DNA of 64,000 nt from a virus (IMGVR_UViG_3300009593_000010:65559-129558); one strand, 5' to 3'; counted from the stretch's first letter, positions 28,641 through 38,158 are shown. The notes: generated by a model from the letters alone, not told the origin. Translations and numbers: made by a program.

Positions 28641-28645
28641 ATATT

Positions 28646-29575
28646 ATGAAAGACTTTTTATGGGTAGAAGAATATAGACCTCGTACAATCGAGGATTGTG
28701 TTCTGCCCTCTCAAATCAAACAAACCTTTTTTGATCTAAAGGATGAAATTCCAAACATGATTTTATCTGGTTCTGCTGGAACTGGAAAAACTACTGTTGC
28801 AAGAGCATTGTGTGATCAAATAGGTGCAGATATGATGTTCATCAATGGATCAGAGGAATCTGGTATTGATGTACTCAGAACCAAGATTAAAAACTTTGCC
28901 AGCACTGTGTCGTTACAGGGTGGGAACAAAGTTGTAATTATTGATGAAGCAGATTATCTAAATCCCCAATCAACTCAACCAGCCCTTCGTGGGTTCATCG
29001 AAGAATTTCACAAGAACTGTAGATTTATTCTTACTTGTAATTACAAGAACAGAATCATACAACCTCTACATTCTCGATGTACTGTAATAGACTTTAAGAT
29101 ACCATCTGAGGAAAGACCAAGACTTGCAAGTGTATTTCTTGCTAGGATTATGACAATACTAACTGAGGAAGGTATCAAATTTAATGTGGAAGTATTACAG
29201 GAATTGGTACTCAAGTTCTTTCCAGACTTTCGTAGAACGATAAACGAACTACAAAGATATTCTGTAAGTGGAGAAATCGATGTAGGTATTCTCACTAATG
29301 TTGCAGAAGAAAGTATGAGAGAATTATTGTCTCATGTTAAAACAAAAAGATTTACAGATATGAGAAAGTGGGTTGCACTGAATTCAGACAATGACCCAGT
29401 TATGTTATATCGTAAGTTATATGATACCTTGTATGATACAGTTGATAAATCTAGTATCCCACAAGCAGTATTGATCATTGCAGATTATCAATATAAATCT
29501 GCTTTCGTAGCAGACCAAGAGGTGAATCTGGTCGCATGTTTAACTGAATTAATGATGGAGTGTAAATTCAAATGA
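28646..29575 (+). CDS. gp44: clamp loader large subunit
   Basis: LWVEEYRPRTIEDC, GSAGTGKTT, IIDEAD, LHSRC, FPDFRR. Confidence 0.97.
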   Translation: MKDFLWVEEYRPRTIEDCVLPSQIKQTFFDLKDEIPNMILSGSAGTGKTTVARALCDQIGADMMFINGSEESGIDVLRTKIKNFASTVSLQGGNKVVIIDEADYLNPQSTQPALRGFIEEFHKNCRFILTCNYKNRIIQPLHSRCTVIDFKIPSEERPRLASVFLARIMTILTEEGIKFNVEVLQELVLKFFPDFRRTINELQRYSVSGEIDVGILTNVAEESMRELLSHVKTKRFTDMRKWVALNSDNDPVMLYRKLYDTLYDTVDKSSIPQAVLIIADYQYKSAFVADQEVNLVACLTELMMECKFK

Positions 29576-29730
29576 AAACTATTAGGAACCAAACTACTGG
29601 GGTAATTGAAAGAGTAAAAGATAATGTTGCATCTGAAAGGGTAAAAGGTAAATCACAGGCTTCGTCATTATCTGGTGGTTGGAAATATTGTTCTAAGGAA
29701 GAATGGAAGAAGGAAGTTCGTGATGTCTGA
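29572..29730 (+). CDS. small hypothetical protein (52 aa, not in ORF track)
   Basis: ATGA coupling; MKTIRNQTTGVIERVKD...GWKYCSKEEWKKEVRDV. Confidence 0.55.
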   Translation: MKTIRNQTTGVIERVKDNVASERVKGKSQASSLSGGWKYCSKEEWKKEVRDV

Positions 29731-29920
29731 TTGGGATTTATTATATTATGTTTGTTTTATAGGGGTTGTCGTTGGTGCCTATATACATGGACATAAGTTA
29801 GGAATTAAACAAGGTGCAGCCACAATGTATGAACACATATATTCACAAGGAACTAGAAAGAATGATGTAGTCATTGTTGAATTGGAATATGAGTCAAGGG
29901 CAAAAACCAAAGAATTTTAA
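29723..29920 (+). CDS. small membrane protein
   Basis: N-terminal hydrophobic segment followed by GHKLGIKQG. Confidence 0.55.
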   Translation: MSDWDLLYYVCFIGVVVGAYIHGHKLGIKQGAATMYEHIYSQGTRKNDVVIVELEYESRAKTKEF

Positions 29921-29921
29921 T

Positions 29922-30683
29922 ATGAAGAAGTTAACTTTAGAAAATGATTTCAATATAAGAATGAATCTGGGTATTGACTATAAATCAATGACAGGATGGT
30001 GTGTTGAAAACGAAAATCATCCAGCACTATCCCATCAAGAGGATGGTATACAAGTACCAAACCAATTTAGTGATACTCTTAGATCATATGTAAGGGGTGC
30101 AACTGAGGGATCAAATCCAGATGAACATGATTGTATCGATGATGAACAATCAAAAGAAATTCAATTCTACCAAACATACAATCCATTTACTTTTGGAATA
30201 CCTTGTTTTGCAGACTTGTATTGGGCATTGAACAAGTTCTTTTATGAACATGATCAAGTCAAAGAGGCTGGAGAACCATATTACATACATGGGTGGTTTA
30301 ATGTTTATCATTCAAAGGTGGGTGAAGAGGGTTACGATCATATTCCGTGGCACAGGCATTTACATACTTTACATCCTCATATCTATCATGGATTTTATTG
30401 TGCAAATGTACAACCATCTGAAACTTGGTATCGATACTCTGCCCAATCACCAGAAGAAGATATCGTTAAGATTCCAGACTATGATGATATGTTAATCTTC
30501 TCTCAGAGTGGATATGAACATTGTTCATCTGCATGGAAGGGTGAAGTTCCACGAGTAACAGTTGCATTTGATATTATGCCAGAATCAGTCTATCTTGGAC
30601 TCCAAGAGATAGGAGATTCAGATTATCATTGGAGTTTAGATAGTAAACAATACCAAGCAATACCATTTCCATATTTACCATGA
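29922..30683 (+). CDS. 2OG-Fe(II) oxygenase-like protein
   Basis: HGWFNVY, IPWHRH, HGFYC, HCSS, RVTVAFDI; same pattern as 99-680. Confidence 0.7.
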   Translation: MKKLTLENDFNIRMNLGIDYKSMTGWCVENENHPALSHQEDGIQVPNQFSDTLRSYVRGATEGSNPDEHDCIDDEQSKEIQFYQTYNPFTFGIPCFADLYWALNKFFYEHDQVKEAGEPYYIHGWFNVYHSKVGEEGYDHIPWHRHLHTLHPHIYHGFYCANVQPSETWYRYSAQSPEEDIVKIPDYDDMLIFSQSGYEHCSSAWKGEVPRVTVAFDIMPESVYLGLQEIGDSDYHWSLDSKQYQAIPFPYLP

Positions 30684-31945
30684 GATATTTTCAATACACA
30701 TTAAAAGATTTAGAAACCAATTCTGCAAGGAAAGAATTTAATTACATTACATTCTTTGCTGGTGGTGGTGGAAGTTCTTGTGCATATAAACTCTCTGGTG
30801 GTGATGTGAGGTATATGAATGAATTTCAACAGGTACATGTTGATACTTATCTTGCAAACTTCCCAAATACAGTTCATGAATGTAAAGACATTAAACAAGT
30901 GACTGGTAAAGATATATTAGAAATGACTGGACTCAAGAAAGGTGAATTAGATATTATGGATGGTTCACCACCATGTCCACCATTCTCAGTTGCTGGAACT
31001 AAACGAGAAGGTTGGGGAAAAGAGAAAGTTGCATATGGAATGAAACAACAAAACATAGAAGACCTTACATGGGAAATGATTAGGATTGCAGAAGAAGTAA
31101 TGCCTAAAGTTATCGTATGTGAAAATGTAAAAGGTCTATCAATGGACTATGCAAGAGATCATCTTATTAGGATGATAACAGATTTTGAAAAACTTGGGTA
31201 CTCAGTGACTTGGAAAGTTATGAAAGGACATGAACATGGAGTACCTCAGAAAAGAGAAAGGGTATTCATGGTTGGTGTTCGTGATGATGTACTAGATGCA
31301 ATTGGATTACCTTTTATGTGTTTAAGTGGATTGTTTCCAGAGGCAAGTGATGAAAGAATATCAATAGGTGAAGCAATAGATGATCTAATGCACGATGAAG
31401 AGAATATCTTTGTTGGTGCTGATCTTGAGACTGAAATGTTAAAATCATCTAAAGCACATTGGATAACTGGATTTGAAAAACATCCAGACCCAGACCTTGC
31501 ACATTGTGGCCCATGTGAAGGATTAGACCCAGTTCTAAAAAGGAAATCTAATGCAGCCTATATATCTATAGGTGATGATATTGTTGGGCCATGGTTTCAA
31601 GAACAAGTCAAGAATGGTCATGTAAAACCAGAAGATGCAAAACATTCTTATTACATGTCAAGGATTGTTCCAAAAACTCTTCCAGCACATTCATTAACTG
31701 AACAGGGTTGTCAACCAAAGTTTATGGGTGGTAATCATTTTCATTACAATGGTAGGAGAATATACACACCAAGAGAAATGGTAAGGTTAATGACTCTACC
31801 AAACGATTATAAAATGACTGGAGACATTAACGAGAAAGGTGCAAGGATAGGTTTAATGGTTGCACCATTGTGTCTACATTATCTAGTAGAACAAATAAAA
31901 GAACAGGTATTAACGCCATGGAATTTACTGCAAGAAAAGACTTAG
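30680..31945 (+). CDS. DNA (cytosine-5) methyltransferase
   Basis: FAGGGG (I), GSPPCPPFS (IV, catalytic PC), ENV (VI), PQKRERVF (VIII), R.YT.RE..RL..LP (IX), G..V.P (X). Confidence 0.93.
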   Translation: MRYFQYTLKDLETNSARKEFNYITFFAGGGGSSCAYKLSGGDVRYMNEFQQVHVDTYLANFPNTVHECKDIKQVTGKDILEMTGLKKGELDIMDGSPPCPPFSVAGTKREGWGKEKVAYGMKQQNIEDLTWEMIRIAEEVMPKVIVCENVKGLSMDYARDHLIRMITDFEKLGYSVTWKVMKGHEHGVPQKRERVFMVGVRDDVLDAIGLPFMCLSGLFPEASDERISIGEAIDDLMHDEENIFVGADLETEMLKSSKAHWITGFEKHPDPDLAHCGPCEGLDPVLKRKSNAAYISIGDDIVGPWFQEQVKNGHVKPEDAKHSYYMSRIVPKTLPAHSLTEQGCQPKFMGGNHFHYNGRRIYTPREMVRLMTLPNDYKMTGDINEKGARIGLMVAPLCLHYLVEQIKEQVLTPWNLLQEKT

Positions 31946-32919
31946 GTAAAAAAGAAACTCACGAAGGATTTAATGGTCAGTGGTTAGGGACATCTTCATA
32001 TGATGATGTAGTTAGTTCTATAGGAGTTGATGAAGAGATCATAAAGATTTATAAACCTTTTGCATCACTGGGAGAGAAACCTCTCCTTGCATGTATTGTT
32101 AAAGGTCTGTATAAGGGTGACACATATAAAGAAGTTAAAGATACTTTAATGTCTATCGATGATACTTCTACCATGAGAGCAAATGCATCAGGGCCTATCG
32201 ACCATAAAGAAATGGAAGATAAGGGTTTGGTTGAAGGTAAAGATTACAAACTCAGAACAAAGAATTCCTATTATCCACTGAAAAAGAATGGACAGTGGAA
32301 CATGATTGCAGAAGCAAATGCAATTCATTCAGTCTTTGCTGGTTATAAACGAGGTAGATTCACAGGTATGATAGGATTATCTAACTGGTGTGAGAAGAAA
32401 TCTAATGTAGATAAGTGGGAAAAGATGAAAAAGATTGCACAGGTTAATGAGATTGCACTTAAAAAAGGTTGTCCAGATATCTGGAAACTACAAAGAACAT
32501 ATGCAGATGAATGTATTGATGAACAATATCAATTAGGTGGAGCTCCAATTACAACTCTATCTGCAAACAAATATACTACTGGTGGAACTCAAAAGATGTC
32601 TGCACATGTAGATGGTAAAGATTTAGAATTTGGTATGACTACAATGTGTGTTTTCAGAGAAGGTAATTTTGGTGGGGCATACTTATGTTTCCCAAGATAT
32701 GGAATTGCCATTGAGGCAGATGATGGTGATGTGCTGATTGCAGATTCAAATGAGATACATGGAGTCACTCCTATCACTGGAGAAGGTATAAGGTTATCTT
32801 GTGTTGCATATTGTTCAACTGATGTTGCAACTAAAGGTAGAGGTGGTAAACCAGAAAAACCTATTGGTCAACATGCAAACAAAAAACAGAATAGAGGAAC
32901 ATTAGGAGACTTCTTATGA
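31918..32919 (+). CDS. TET/JBP-family 2OG-Fe(II) dioxygenase
   Basis: AHVDGKD, GGAYLCFPRYGIAI...GDVLIADSNEIHGVTPI, RLSCVAY; directly after the C5-MTase. Confidence 0.8.
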   Translation: MEFTARKDLGKKETHEGFNGQWLGTSSYDDVVSSIGVDEEIIKIYKPFASLGEKPLLACIVKGLYKGDTYKEVKDTLMSIDDTSTMRANASGPIDHKEMEDKGLVEGKDYKLRTKNSYYPLKKNGQWNMIAEANAIHSVFAGYKRGRFTGMIGLSNWCEKKSNVDKWEKMKKIAQVNEIALKKGCPDIWKLQRTYADECIDEQYQLGGAPITTLSANKYTTGGTQKMSAHVDGKDLEFGMTTMCVFREGNFGGAYLCFPRYGIAIEADDGDVLIADSNEIHGVTPITGEGIRLSCVAYCSTDVATKGRGGKPEKPIGQHANKKQNRGTLGDFL

Positions 32920-33620
32920 AAATAGTAATTACAGGTTCTAGGGGATTTATAGGAACATACTTACTAAGTGCTTTAGATAAACATGAAATTGTAGAATGGG
33001 ATAGAAAATTAGATAGGGATATAAAAAATTTCTACCTTGAAGGTGATGAAGATTTTGTTATTCATCTTGCTGGATTAATCTCACCAAGAGATTCTATTAA
33101 TGAACCACATGATTACTGGTTGCAAAATGTAGAATACAGTAAAAAACTATTTGATGTATGTAAAGATGTTCCAATGGTTTATGCTTCAAGTGCAGCTGCA
33201 AAAGAATATTGGAGAAGTCCATATGGAACAACTAAAAAAGTTTTAGAAACACTTGCACATAAAGGTCATGTTGGATTAAGATTTGAAAGTATCTATGGTG
33301 ATGGTGCATCAGACATAGGATTAATAACTAGAATCAAAAATGGAACTATTAAGTATCATACAAATCATATAAGAGACTTTGTTCATATAGATGATATCAT
33401 AAATTCTATCTTATTGTTTATAGAACAAGGAACACGAGATAAACTACCATATTATGAAGTTGGAACTGGTAAAGAACATTTAGTTTCAGATGTAGTAAAA
33501 CATTTCGGAGTAGATGTTCCAGAAAAAGAAGGGGACAATATTGAAATATTTCGTAGTGTTGCAGATACAACAGAAATAGAAAAGTTAGGTTGGAAAGCGG
33601 AGAAGAGTGTTTATGATTGA
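32916..33620 (+). CDS. NAD-dependent epimerase/dehydratase
   Basis: ITGSRGFIG, HLAG, YASSAA, YGTTK, RDFVHIDD. Confidence 0.9.
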   Translation: MKIVITGSRGFIGTYLLSALDKHEIVEWDRKLDRDIKNFYLEGDEDFVIHLAGLISPRDSINEPHDYWLQNVEYSKKLFDVCKDVPMVYASSAAAKEYWRSPYGTTKKVLETLAHKGHVGLRFESIYGDGASDIGLITRIKNGTIKYHTNHIRDFVHIDDIINSILLFIEQGTRDKLPYYEVGTGKEHLVSDVVKHFGVDVPEKEGDNIEIFRSVADTTEIEKLGWKAEKSVYD

Positions 33621-34431
33621 TTTAGTTATATGTACATTTAAGAGATTGGATAAACAGATTACTCTGGGAAATATTCCAGAGAAGTTTAGAGATAATGTAA
33701 CTCTTGTAGTCCAACCACAAGAGGAAGAAGAAGCAAAAAAAGTTCATTCTAATATATTTGTTCTTAATGGGGATAATATTGGATATGCAAAAACTATCGA
33801 ACAGACAACAAAAGAATTTGCAGTAAATCGTAATAATCATTTTTGGTTGTTTGATGATGATTTAACTTTTAGATTCAATGAGGAAATAGAAGTAGGGGTC
33901 AAGGGAAAGAAACATAAATTTACAGAACAACATTTTGAACAAATGTTAATAGAAATTGAAAAAGAATTAGACTCTGGAATGATGCATGGTGCATTAGGAA
34001 CAACTTGGGTATTTCCTTGGGGCAAACTTCCATATGTTGAAAACAGTAGAATGTGTGGAAATAAAATCTACAATAAAGACCTTGCAAAAGTCTGGAACGA
34101 TATTGACTGGGTTGGATGTTGTGGTGCAGAAGATTTCTTTGTAAACATACAATTATTAACTATGGGATATTCAAACAAGGTATGGTATAATTATGTTATT
34201 GATCCCGGCCACAGTTATCAAGATGGTGGTTGTTCTGATTATAGAGATTTAGAATACCACAATAAAGCATGTAAAGACCTTGCAGAATTATATCCACAGT
34301 TTACTAGACTTAAAACTAATATTCAAAAGTCTGGGCCTTGGAAGGGTGTAGAAAAATTAGGAGTTCATGTGCAATGGAAAAAAGCATATGAATCATCAAA
34401 GGTCTCGACAATAACAGATTTTATGGTATAA
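33613..34431 (+). CDS. glycosyltransferase (GT-A fold, TET-associated type)
   Basis: ICTFKR, FDDD (DxD), AEDF; follows TET/JBP and epimerase. Confidence 0.75.
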   Translation: MIDLVICTFKRLDKQITLGNIPEKFRDNVTLVVQPQEEEEAKKVHSNIFVLNGDNIGYAKTIEQTTKEFAVNRNNHFWLFDDDLTFRFNEEIEVGVKGKKHKFTEQHFEQMLIEIEKELDSGMMHGALGTTWVFPWGKLPYVENSRMCGNKIYNKDLAKVWNDIDWVGCCGAEDFFVNIQLLTMGYSNKVWYNYVIDPGHSYQDGGCSDYRDLEYHNKACKDLAELYPQFTRLKTNIQKSGPWKGVEKLGVHVQWKKAYESSKVSTITDFMV

Positions 34432-34432
34432 T
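34405..34432 (+). promoter_or_regulatory. sigma70-type promoter, 16-bp spacer class
   Basis: TCGACA-N16-TATAAT with extended -10 TG; ATG 6 nt downstream. Confidence 0.5.
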
Positions 34433-34438
34433 AGATAT

Positions 34439-34609
34439 ATGAACTCAACAAACGAAAACATTCTTCAAATTATTCAATCATTTAAACTTCTTAATCCAGA
34501 GGATCAAGAAGTAGTTTTAAAGACTTTACAGAATGTAAAGACAGATTCAAATCATTTTAAAAAAGATATTGATTCTTATCGTGCAAAGTTAGTAAGGTCT
34601 ACTAAGTAA
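34439..34609 (+). CDS. small hypothetical protein (56 aa, not in ORF track)
   Basis: MNSTNENILQIIQSF...AKLVRSTK; TAATG coupling to gp62. Confidence 0.55.
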   Translation: MNSTNENILQIIQSFKLLNPEDQEVVLKTLQNVKTDSNHFKKDIDSYRAKLVRSTK

Positions 34610-34986
34610 TGAACCCATTTGATTATGTCAATGCATTGACCTTCACTAAGAAGGACATTATGGTTGACAGACAAGCAGAACGAGAGTACGCTCCCTTTAT
34701 CACAAACAGGACACTTTCGTACCACCAAGATTGCATCATGTATGCAAACGAAATAAATCGTAGACACCACCTAGATTCTCGTCTACAATTCCATTATTTC
34801 CTAAATACTCTAAGAAAACGAAAAAGGTTTGCCAAATGGATCAAACCAAATGTTTTGGAAGATATGAAGGTTATCCAATCATATTATGGATGTTCTAAAT
34901 CTAAGGCAGAAGAATACTTAAATATTCTTTCTTCTGAACAGATTGTAGAACTTAATGAGAGAATGAAAAAAGGTGGGAGACAATAA
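34609..34986 (+). CDS. gp62: clamp loader small subunit
   Basis: NPFDYVNAL, YAPFITNRTLS, LQFHYFLNTLRKRKRFAKWIK. Confidence 0.95.
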   Translation: MNPFDYVNALTFTKKDIMVDRQAEREYAPFITNRTLSYHQDCIMYANEINRRHHLDSRLQFHYFLNTLRKRKRFAKWIKPNVLEDMKVIQSYYGCSKSKAEEYLNILSSEQIVELNERMKKGGRQ

Positions 34987-34989
34987 AAA

Positions 34990-35388
34990 ATGAGTTACGA
35001 CCTCTCCGACATGGTAGAGGTAGAGTTGAAGGAATCCGATGACTTTCTAAAAGTCAAAGAGACATTAACAAGAATTGGTGTTGCATCTCGGAAAGAGAAG
35101 ATACTCTATCAATCGTGTCATATATTACACAAACGCGGGAAATACTATCTCGTACATTTTAAAGAATTATTTGCCTTAGATGGTAAAGATTCTTCTATAA
35201 CTGAGTCCGATTTAGGACGAAGGAATGCAATATCAAAGTTATTACAGGAGTGGGGACTGTTAAAAGTCATTAGTAATAACATCGAAAGTCCAATGGCTCC
35301 AATGAGTCAGATCAAGGTTCTTCCATACAAAGATAAAGAAGAGTGGGAACTAGTACCAAAGTACAACATTGGTGTAGTTAACAAGTAA
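34990..35388 (+). CDS. regA: translational repressor RegA
   Basis: DDFLKVKETLTRIGVAS, LYQSCHILHKRGKYYLVHFKELFALDG. Confidence 0.98.
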   Translation: MSYDLSDMVEVELKESDDFLKVKETLTRIGVASRKEKILYQSCHILHKRGKYYLVHFKELFALDGKDSSITESDLGRRNAISKLLQEWGLLKVISNNIESPMAPMSQIKVLPYKDKEEWELVPKYNIGVVNK

Positions 35389-35401
35389 GGGGGGATGCCT
35401 T

Positions 35402-36325
35402 ATGGCATTACTGAAATTCAACGACACATATAAAGGGGTGACGAATTCTCCTACTATGGAAATTAAGAATAGAACTATGAGTAAGATATTCAAACTAAAA
35501 GAAGTAGAAAGAAGAGTTTTATTTGCAGAGTTTGCTCAAGCTGCATATTGGAATAGTGCAAAAGCAAAGACCTTTGGTAAGTCAAAGGGTATGACTGCAC
35601 ATACCTTAATCGACATAGAAGGTGCTCAGGTGCATGTATGGCACTCTAATGAGGACTTAATTATAGGTGCAAGGGGTACAGAACCCACAGAAATGAATGA
35701 CATTTATGCAGATTTAGAAGTATTTAAAGACGATGCATTTACAGGTGTAGGACAAATACATCAAGGTTTCAGAGAAGAAGTAGATAAGGTCTGGGACAAA
35801 GTATTTGGAAGAGTAAACAAATACGGAATGAAAGGTAAGGTTGCAAAGAAAATGTGGGTATGTGGTCATTCACTAGGTGGTGCAATGGCAACCCTTATTG
35901 CATCCAGACTAGAATATAATGCAAAAGAAAAATTTAATAATGGTATGGAGTTAGTACATTCACCAATCAATGGTTGGGATGTTGATACTCTTTACACATA
36001 TGGTTCACCAAGAGTTGGTGGCCCTGTGTTCTCGAAATGGTGTGATAAACATTTAAACCATCAAAGATTCGTGAACAATAACGATGTTGTACCTTGTGTA
36101 CCATCTGTTCTCAGATGGAAACATAATGGTAATTGTAAGTATATAATGAGTACAGGTGAAGTAACAAATCTAGGTCGATGGTCTATGAAGAGAATCAAAG
36201 ACAAGGGTTGGAGTTTACTAACTACCATCATCAAAGGAAGATTAGATATCGTTGCCGATCATAATATACAAGATTACATTGATCATTTAACCAACGATAT
36301 GGAAATAAAACAAGTACAGAGGTAG
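35402..36325 (+). CDS. class 3 lipase
   Basis: RGTE, HQGF, GHSLGGA nucleophile elbow, TYGSPRVG, DVVPCVP, H..DY. Confidence 0.9.
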   Translation: MALLKFNDTYKGVTNSPTMEIKNRTMSKIFKLKEVERRVLFAEFAQAAYWNSAKAKTFGKSKGMTAHTLIDIEGAQVHVWHSNEDLIIGARGTEPTEMNDIYADLEVFKDDAFTGVGQIHQGFREEVDKVWDKVFGRVNKYGMKGKVAKKMWVCGHSLGGAMATLIASRLEYNAKEKFNNGMELVHSPINGWDVDTLYTYGSPRVGGPVFSKWCDKHLNHQRFVNNNDVVPCVPSVLRWKHNGNCKYIMSTGEVTNLGRWSMKRIKDKGWSLLTTIIKGRLDIVADHNIQDYIDHLTNDMEIKQVQR

Positions 36326-36329
36326 TAAC

Positions 36330-36668
36330 ATGTATATGTTACTCATCCTCGCACTCAAGAGTATTCTCTCGACAGTTATAGGTTCAACATTTTACAAATG
36401 GTTCCAGTCAACTAAGGTTGGAGTTTGGTTTCAGCTTAAGGTGAACAAATTCATGGAATATTTGTCAACTAAATATGATATAGAGATTACCAAGAAAGAC
36501 GCAAAGTGGAGACAAGATTATCCATTACTTGCAGATAGGGTCGATAAACTAGAATCTATGGCACATCCTAAATGTGGATTAGATGGTTTCGATGGTTATC
36601 AACCTCTTGTTAATCGAATTGAAAAACTTGAACAGGAACTTAAAAATGTCAAAAAAGGAAAAACCTAA
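36330..36668 (+). CDS. hypothetical protein
   Basis: ORF track; hydrophobic N-terminus and coiled-coil C-terminus. Confidence 0.6.
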   Translation: MYMLLILALKSILSTVIGSTFYKWFQSTKVGVWFQLKVNKFMEYLSTKYDIEITKKDAKWRQDYPLLADRVDKLESMAHPKCGLDGFDGYQPLVNRIEKLEQELKNVKKGKT

Positions 36669-37662
36669 TCATTATGTCGTTGGAAGATGGACTTCTAACT
36701 GGCACCAACTTAAACTATTTCTAACAGTCTTATTCAAAAGACTAGATACTTCAAAGAACGAATCTCAACACGAATTTGGTGATGCAGTCACAATGTTCTT
36801 TGGTATTGGAGAACAACAAGGCCGTGGAATTGCATTCAAATGGGCAACTGCACAACCACCTCAGGCAAAAAATATTACTGATGGTCATTGGTATGCAGAT
36901 ACAGAACTGTTAGAAGATTTCGATGCATTAAAAAAGTATAAGAAGAATACACTTGGTAAACGATATCAAGAATTTTTTCAATACTACAACGATTACATGA
37001 ATAAGAAGTTGGGTATTAATAAATGGATACCACAAGTATCAATGCATAGGAGATCCGCAGAGATGTTAGAAGCAGACCAAAGAAAATCTTTCTTAGGTCA
37101 AACTGCAAATGAAAAGAATACCAAGTCCTTTGATAATAAAAAGGATGACCCATTGAATATTGGATTGAACCCTGCTGTTGTAAACTACTATCTTACATCA
37201 CCTACAGTACATCCTCATATGAAAAGAGATGTACAAAGACTGGGAATGATGAAGGCAGTTAGGAAAAGAATGGGAGATCGTTTCTTTGGAATCCATGATT
37301 TATATCATGTACTACTTGGAGTTGGTAGAGACCAACTTGGAGAGATGTGTATTCAATGTAAGAATGCTGTTGACTCTGGATTGTATGGATTACATCTAGT
37401 GACATGGTTAGAAGCATGTAGAGAAGCAGTAATACATTTATCATTAACTCCATTCAAAATTAGAAAAGAAGCATATAGACTTGCAAAACTATCAGAGGAT
37501 TTATTAGTTCAAGACTATAAAAAACTATTAAAGGTTGATGTTGATAAGATTCGTAAAGACCTCAACATACAAGAAAACAAAATCTATCAAGACTTTTGTG
37601 GGGTGACTCACGAGAATGATTTACCAAAAGGTAAGTATAGAGTAGGAGAATATGGTATTTAA
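36646..37662 (+). CDS. second Coq4-like protein
   Basis: HDLYHVLLGVGRDQLGE (HDxxH(x)11E); NTLGKRYQEF upstream. Confidence 0.65.
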   Translation: MSKKEKPNHYVVGRWTSNWHQLKLFLTVLFKRLDTSKNESQHEFGDAVTMFFGIGEQQGRGIAFKWATAQPPQAKNITDGHWYADTELLEDFDALKKYKKNTLGKRYQEFFQYYNDYMNKKLGINKWIPQVSMHRRSAEMLEADQRKSFLGQTANEKNTKSFDNKKDDPLNIGLNPAVVNYYLTSPTVHPHMKRDVQRLGMMKAVRKRMGDRFFGIHDLYHVLLGVGRDQLGEMCIQCKNAVDSGLYGLHLVTWLEACREAVIHLSLTPFKIRKEAYRLAKLSEDLLVQDYKKLLKVDVDKIRKDLNIQENKIYQDFCGVTHENDLPKGKYRVGEYGI

Positions 37663-37684
37663 GGGTTCTTAAAATCCTAAATGT

Positions 37685-37692
37685 TATAAATA
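37685..37692 (+). promoter_or_regulatory. late promoter TATAAATA
   Basis: Exact consensus in intergenic DNA. Confidence 0.7.
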
Positions 37693-37710
37693 AGACTACT
37701 GAGTGAAATT

Positions 37711-37944
37711 ATGTCTGTAAAATGGAAACCAGATAGTATCGAAGTCCTTCGGGGCGTAAGAGGTACTACTTCGAGAAAAGTGAGATTCCCAATAGCGGGA
37801 GTTAAGACTTCGGAGCTGTTGGAACTTGTTAACAAGAGTAAAGAGGATTGTAAACCCATTGAGCGTAAGCGAAGAGGGAAGGCGATCAAGGAACTCGATA
37901 AACGGAGAAAACTGTATGGACTTTCTAAAAGAAAGACTGTCTGA
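37711..37944 (+). CDS. basic hypothetical protein overlapping a candidate structured RNA
   Basis: 77-aa ORF after a late promoter, but rich in codons rare elsewhere (CGG, GCG, TCG). Confidence 0.45.
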   Translation: MSVKWKPDSIEVLRGVRGTTSRKVRFPIAGVKTSELLELVNKSKEDCKPIERKRRGKAIKELDKRRKLYGLSKRKTV

Positions 37945-38074
37945 GGTTTCGACTTTAGATGGCGGTGTCATTTTGGCACTTAGTCTAGGTATCCTGTTTC
38001 TAGGCCCTATATTGAAATATTTAGCATATGCTGGTGTTTTATATGGTGCATGGAAAATGCTTAAAAAAGGATAA
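37916..38074 (+). CDS. small membrane protein (52 aa)
   Basis: GGAG SD at 37904; MDFLKERLSEVSTLDGGVILALSLGILFLGPILKYLAYAGVLYGAWKMLKKG. Confidence 0.7.
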   Translation: MDFLKERLSEVSTLDGGVILALSLGILFLGPILKYLAYAGVLYGAWKMLKKG

Positions 38075-38158
38075 TCCTATGCTTTGATGGAGAGAAGAAC
38101 CCATCCACAAAAACAAAAAGGAGAATTCCGTATAGGATACTTCCTTCATCGATTTTTC

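Noticed and set aside
37693-37740. Hammerhead ribozyme (CTGAGTGA ... GAAAC)
   Set aside because: The core has an extra base relative to CUGANGA, and no stem III or NUH site can be formed.
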